Positions 41,794-43,469 of a DNA stretch of 43,469 nucleotides are shown piece by piece. The first letter of the stretch is position 1. Each line of letters begins with the position of its first letter. The position numbers and the translations under genes were made by a program. The DNA is from Micrococcaceae bacterium (GTDB lineage: Bacteria > Actinomycetota > Actinomycetes > Actinomycetales > Micrococcaceae), in assembly GCA_035475875.1 (NCBI GenBank), contig DATIMB010000047.1, forward strand, positions 1 through 43,469. The letters run 5' to 3'. The notes beneath the pieces are model-generated. The model had not been told where the DNA came from and did no database searches. It saw only the letters and a list, made by a program, of their open reading frames with translations.

Positions 41794-42746
41794 CGCAGTT
41801 CCGTTCCCGATAGTGCCAGGAAAACGTCCTCCAGGGAACGCGAGGCAAGGTTCAACGAGGTGGGCATAATGCCCTGGGCGGCCCACCACTGGGCCAGTGC
41901 GGCCAGGTCGCCCGGTTCCAGCGGACCGGACACCTGGTAGTTGCCTGGCCTGTTTTCGGTTACCTGGAGCTGGGGCCGGAGCACCGCTCCGGGATCAAGG
42001 CCCGGCCCGGCCTCGAACATCACCGTCCGCTGGGCTTCTGCCGCCGTCGCATGGCTGAGCAGTTCGGGGACGGTGCCGGAGGCCACCGTTCTGCCCGCGT
42101 CGACAATGAAAACCTGGTCCGCCAGCTTCTGGGCGTCGTCGAGGAGGTGCGTGGTCAGGATGATGGCCACACCCTCGTCGCGGAGCTGGCGGATCAGATC
42201 AAAGACCATCAGCCGGGACTGCGGATCCAATCCGGCGCTCGGTTCATCAAGGAAGAGGACTTCCGGGTTGCCCACCAGGCTGGCCGCCAGCGCCACGCGC
42301 TGTTTTTGTCCACCGGAAAGCCTGCGGATGGTGTTGGAGGCGAAGGCATTGATGCCCAGCCGGTCTGCCAGTTCACCGACGTTCCGCGGGGACTCGTACA
42401 TGCCGGCGACGTGCCGCAGCAGTGTCAGCGGGCGCGCCGAGGGCGGCAGGCCGCCATCCTGCAGCATCACGCCAACCCGGGCGCGCAGGGCAGCCGTCGG
42501 CCTGTCCGGATCCTGGCCCAGCAAGGTGATGGTGCCGCCGTCGCGCCTTTGCAGCCCCTGCGCGCATTCGATGGTCGTTGTCTTCCCCGCGCCGTTGGCG
42601 CCGAGCAGCGCCGTGACGTTCCCATGCTCCGCGGTCAGGCTGATGCCGCTGATAATCCGCTTCATCTTGCCGTCCAGGGCGGGAATGGGGCCGACGTCCT
42701 TGATCAGCCCGTCGATTACGAGGGCAGGGGGAGTGGAAAGGGGCAC
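41790..42746 (-). CDS. ABC transporter ATP-binding protein (Rv1458c-like)
   Basis: GANGAGKTT, LSGGQKQR, LFLDEPSAGLD, LTTH. -10 TAGAAT lies 6 nt upstream. Confidence 0.93.
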   Translation of the reverse strand: MPLSTPPALVIDGLIKDVGPIPALDGKMKRIISGISLTAEHGNVTALLGANGAGKTTTIECAQGLQRRDGGTITLLGQDPDRPTAALRARVGVMLQDGGLPPSARPLTLLRHVAGMYESPRNVGELADRLGINAFASNTIRRLSGGQKQRVALAASLVGNPEVLFLDEPSAGLDPQSRLMVFDLIRQLRDEGVAIILTTHLLDDAQKLADQVFIVDAGRTVASGTVPELLSHATAAEAQRTVMFEAGPGLDPGAVLRPQLQVTENRPGNYQVSGPLEPGDLAALAQWWAAQGIMPTSLNLASRSLEDVFLALSGTELR

Positions 42747-42753
42747 GGCCCCA

Positions 42754-42770
42754 TTCTACGCGATGTAGTA
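42754..42770. promoter_or_regulatory. Palindromic operator CTAC-N5-GTAG overlapping the -10 of the ABC-ctaA operon (BlaI/Rv1846c-like)
   Basis: TTCTAC-GCGAT-GTAGTA; the minus-strand -10 TAGAAT (42753-42758) overlaps its left half. Confidence 0.6.
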
Positions 42771-42837
42771 ATCTGCGTTGCGCCCGTCCCCCGCGCGCCG
42801 GTCAGGGGGAACGTGGGGGAGCCAACATAATGGCTGC

Positions 42838-43469
42838 ATGGGGAAACTTAAAGCAGTGGCCGCCGGCGTCATCCTGCTGGTCGGGGCTGCTGGCCTGTCC
42901 GGGTGCGACGACGGGAAAGCCGGTGCGCAGGACGCCGCGAGGCAGTTGGCCGACGGTTTGAGTGCGCTGGAGTTGGGCAGCGTCGGCCTCACGGGCAAGG
43001 ACGGTGCTGCTGCCAGCGATGTGCTGGCCACCCTGGCCAAGGGGGTGCAGCCGGTCAAACCAACGGTGACCGTATCGTCGCTGGACGTTAAGCAGGACAC
43101 GGCCACCGCGGTGCTGAAGGTGGACTGGAAGTTCGACGGCGGGACCTGGGACTACACAACCAACGCTGCCCTGGCCAACAAGGACGGGAGCTGGAAGGCA
43201 GGCTGGACGCCGGAACTGCTGGTACCAGGTGCCAAGGAGGGGGACACGCTGGCCATCGCGACGACGTCGGCCCCGAGGGCGGACATCCTGGGCGACGGCG
43301 GCGCGGTGCTGATGACGGAACGGCCCGTGATCCATCTGGGCATCGACAAATCGCACGTTGATGCCGCATCGCAGCCTGCCTCGGCCAAAGCGCTGGCCGA
43401 ACTGGCCGGAGTGGACCCGGATGCTTTTGCCCAGCAAGTGGCCGCCGCAGGTTCCGCGGCGTTCGTTGA
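42838..43469 (+). CDS. Lipoprotein penicillin-binding protein, N-terminal part (NTF2-like/MecA_N region); runs off window
   Basis: Read manually: MGKLKAVAAGVILLVGAAGLSGC (lipobox)...ATAVLKVDW...WDYTT...WKAGWTPELLVPG...APRADILGDGGAVLMTERPVIHLGID. Open to the window end. CATAAT lies 6 nt before the ATG. The transpeptidase domain is not in the window. Confidence 0.8.
   Translation, partial: MGKLKAVAAGVILLVGAAGLSGCDDGKAGAQDAARQLADGLSALELGSVGLTGKDGAAASDVLATLAKGVQPVKPTVTVSSLDVKQDTATAVLKVDWKFDGGTWDYTTNAALANKDGSWKAGWTPELLVPGAKEGDTLAIATTSAPRADILGDGGAVLMTERPVIHLGIDKSHVDAASQPASAKALAELAGVDPDAFAQQVAAAGSAAFV

Noticed and set aside
42756-43437. Minus-strand ORFs at the right end
   Set aside because: Antisense to the open plus-strand lipoprotein PBP frame, which has a lipobox and a -10 box.

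Overview
High-GC actinobacterial chromosome segment. The gene order and protein sequences suggest Micrococcaceae, probably Arthrobacter or Pseudarthrobacter (inference, no database search). It is almost entirely conserved core genome: yigZ(partial) <> coaE(-GrpB)-uvrB, yybP-ykoY (Mn2+) riboswitch + TerC, a minus-strand Ski2-like helicase/GNAT/prolyl aminopeptidase trio, tam, a heterodimeric ABC exporter + GntR, uvrA-HAD-plsC-uvrC-rapZ-yvcK-whiA, sodA, gap-pgk-tpiA-secG-rbpA, the pentose-phosphate operon tkt-tal-pgi-zwf-opcA-pgl (minus strand), ctaB, an ABC-2 transporter-ctaA operon and a partial lipoprotein penicillin-binding protein. I found no CRISPR array, prophage, IS element, tRNA or rRNA, and I cannot support a claim of a wholly new multi-gene system. 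The most interesting signals are regulatory or structural: (1) about ten genes, including all three uvr genes, have a TANNNT-like box 6-8 nt before the start codon (leaderless architecture), including two back-to-back overlapping -10 boxes in a 22-bp gap; (2) a BlaI-like operator overlaps the ctaA-operon promoter and faces a PBP gene; (3) a LexA-like box precedes uvrA; (4) the riboswitch has a visible alternative pairing next to the RBS; (5) an HxxH-periodic His-rich linker sits in the ABC exporter; (6) tal, pgi and zwf are in one reading frame; (7) several intergenic palindromes and tandem repeats occur. Start codons were adjusted by eye from RBS and -10 context.
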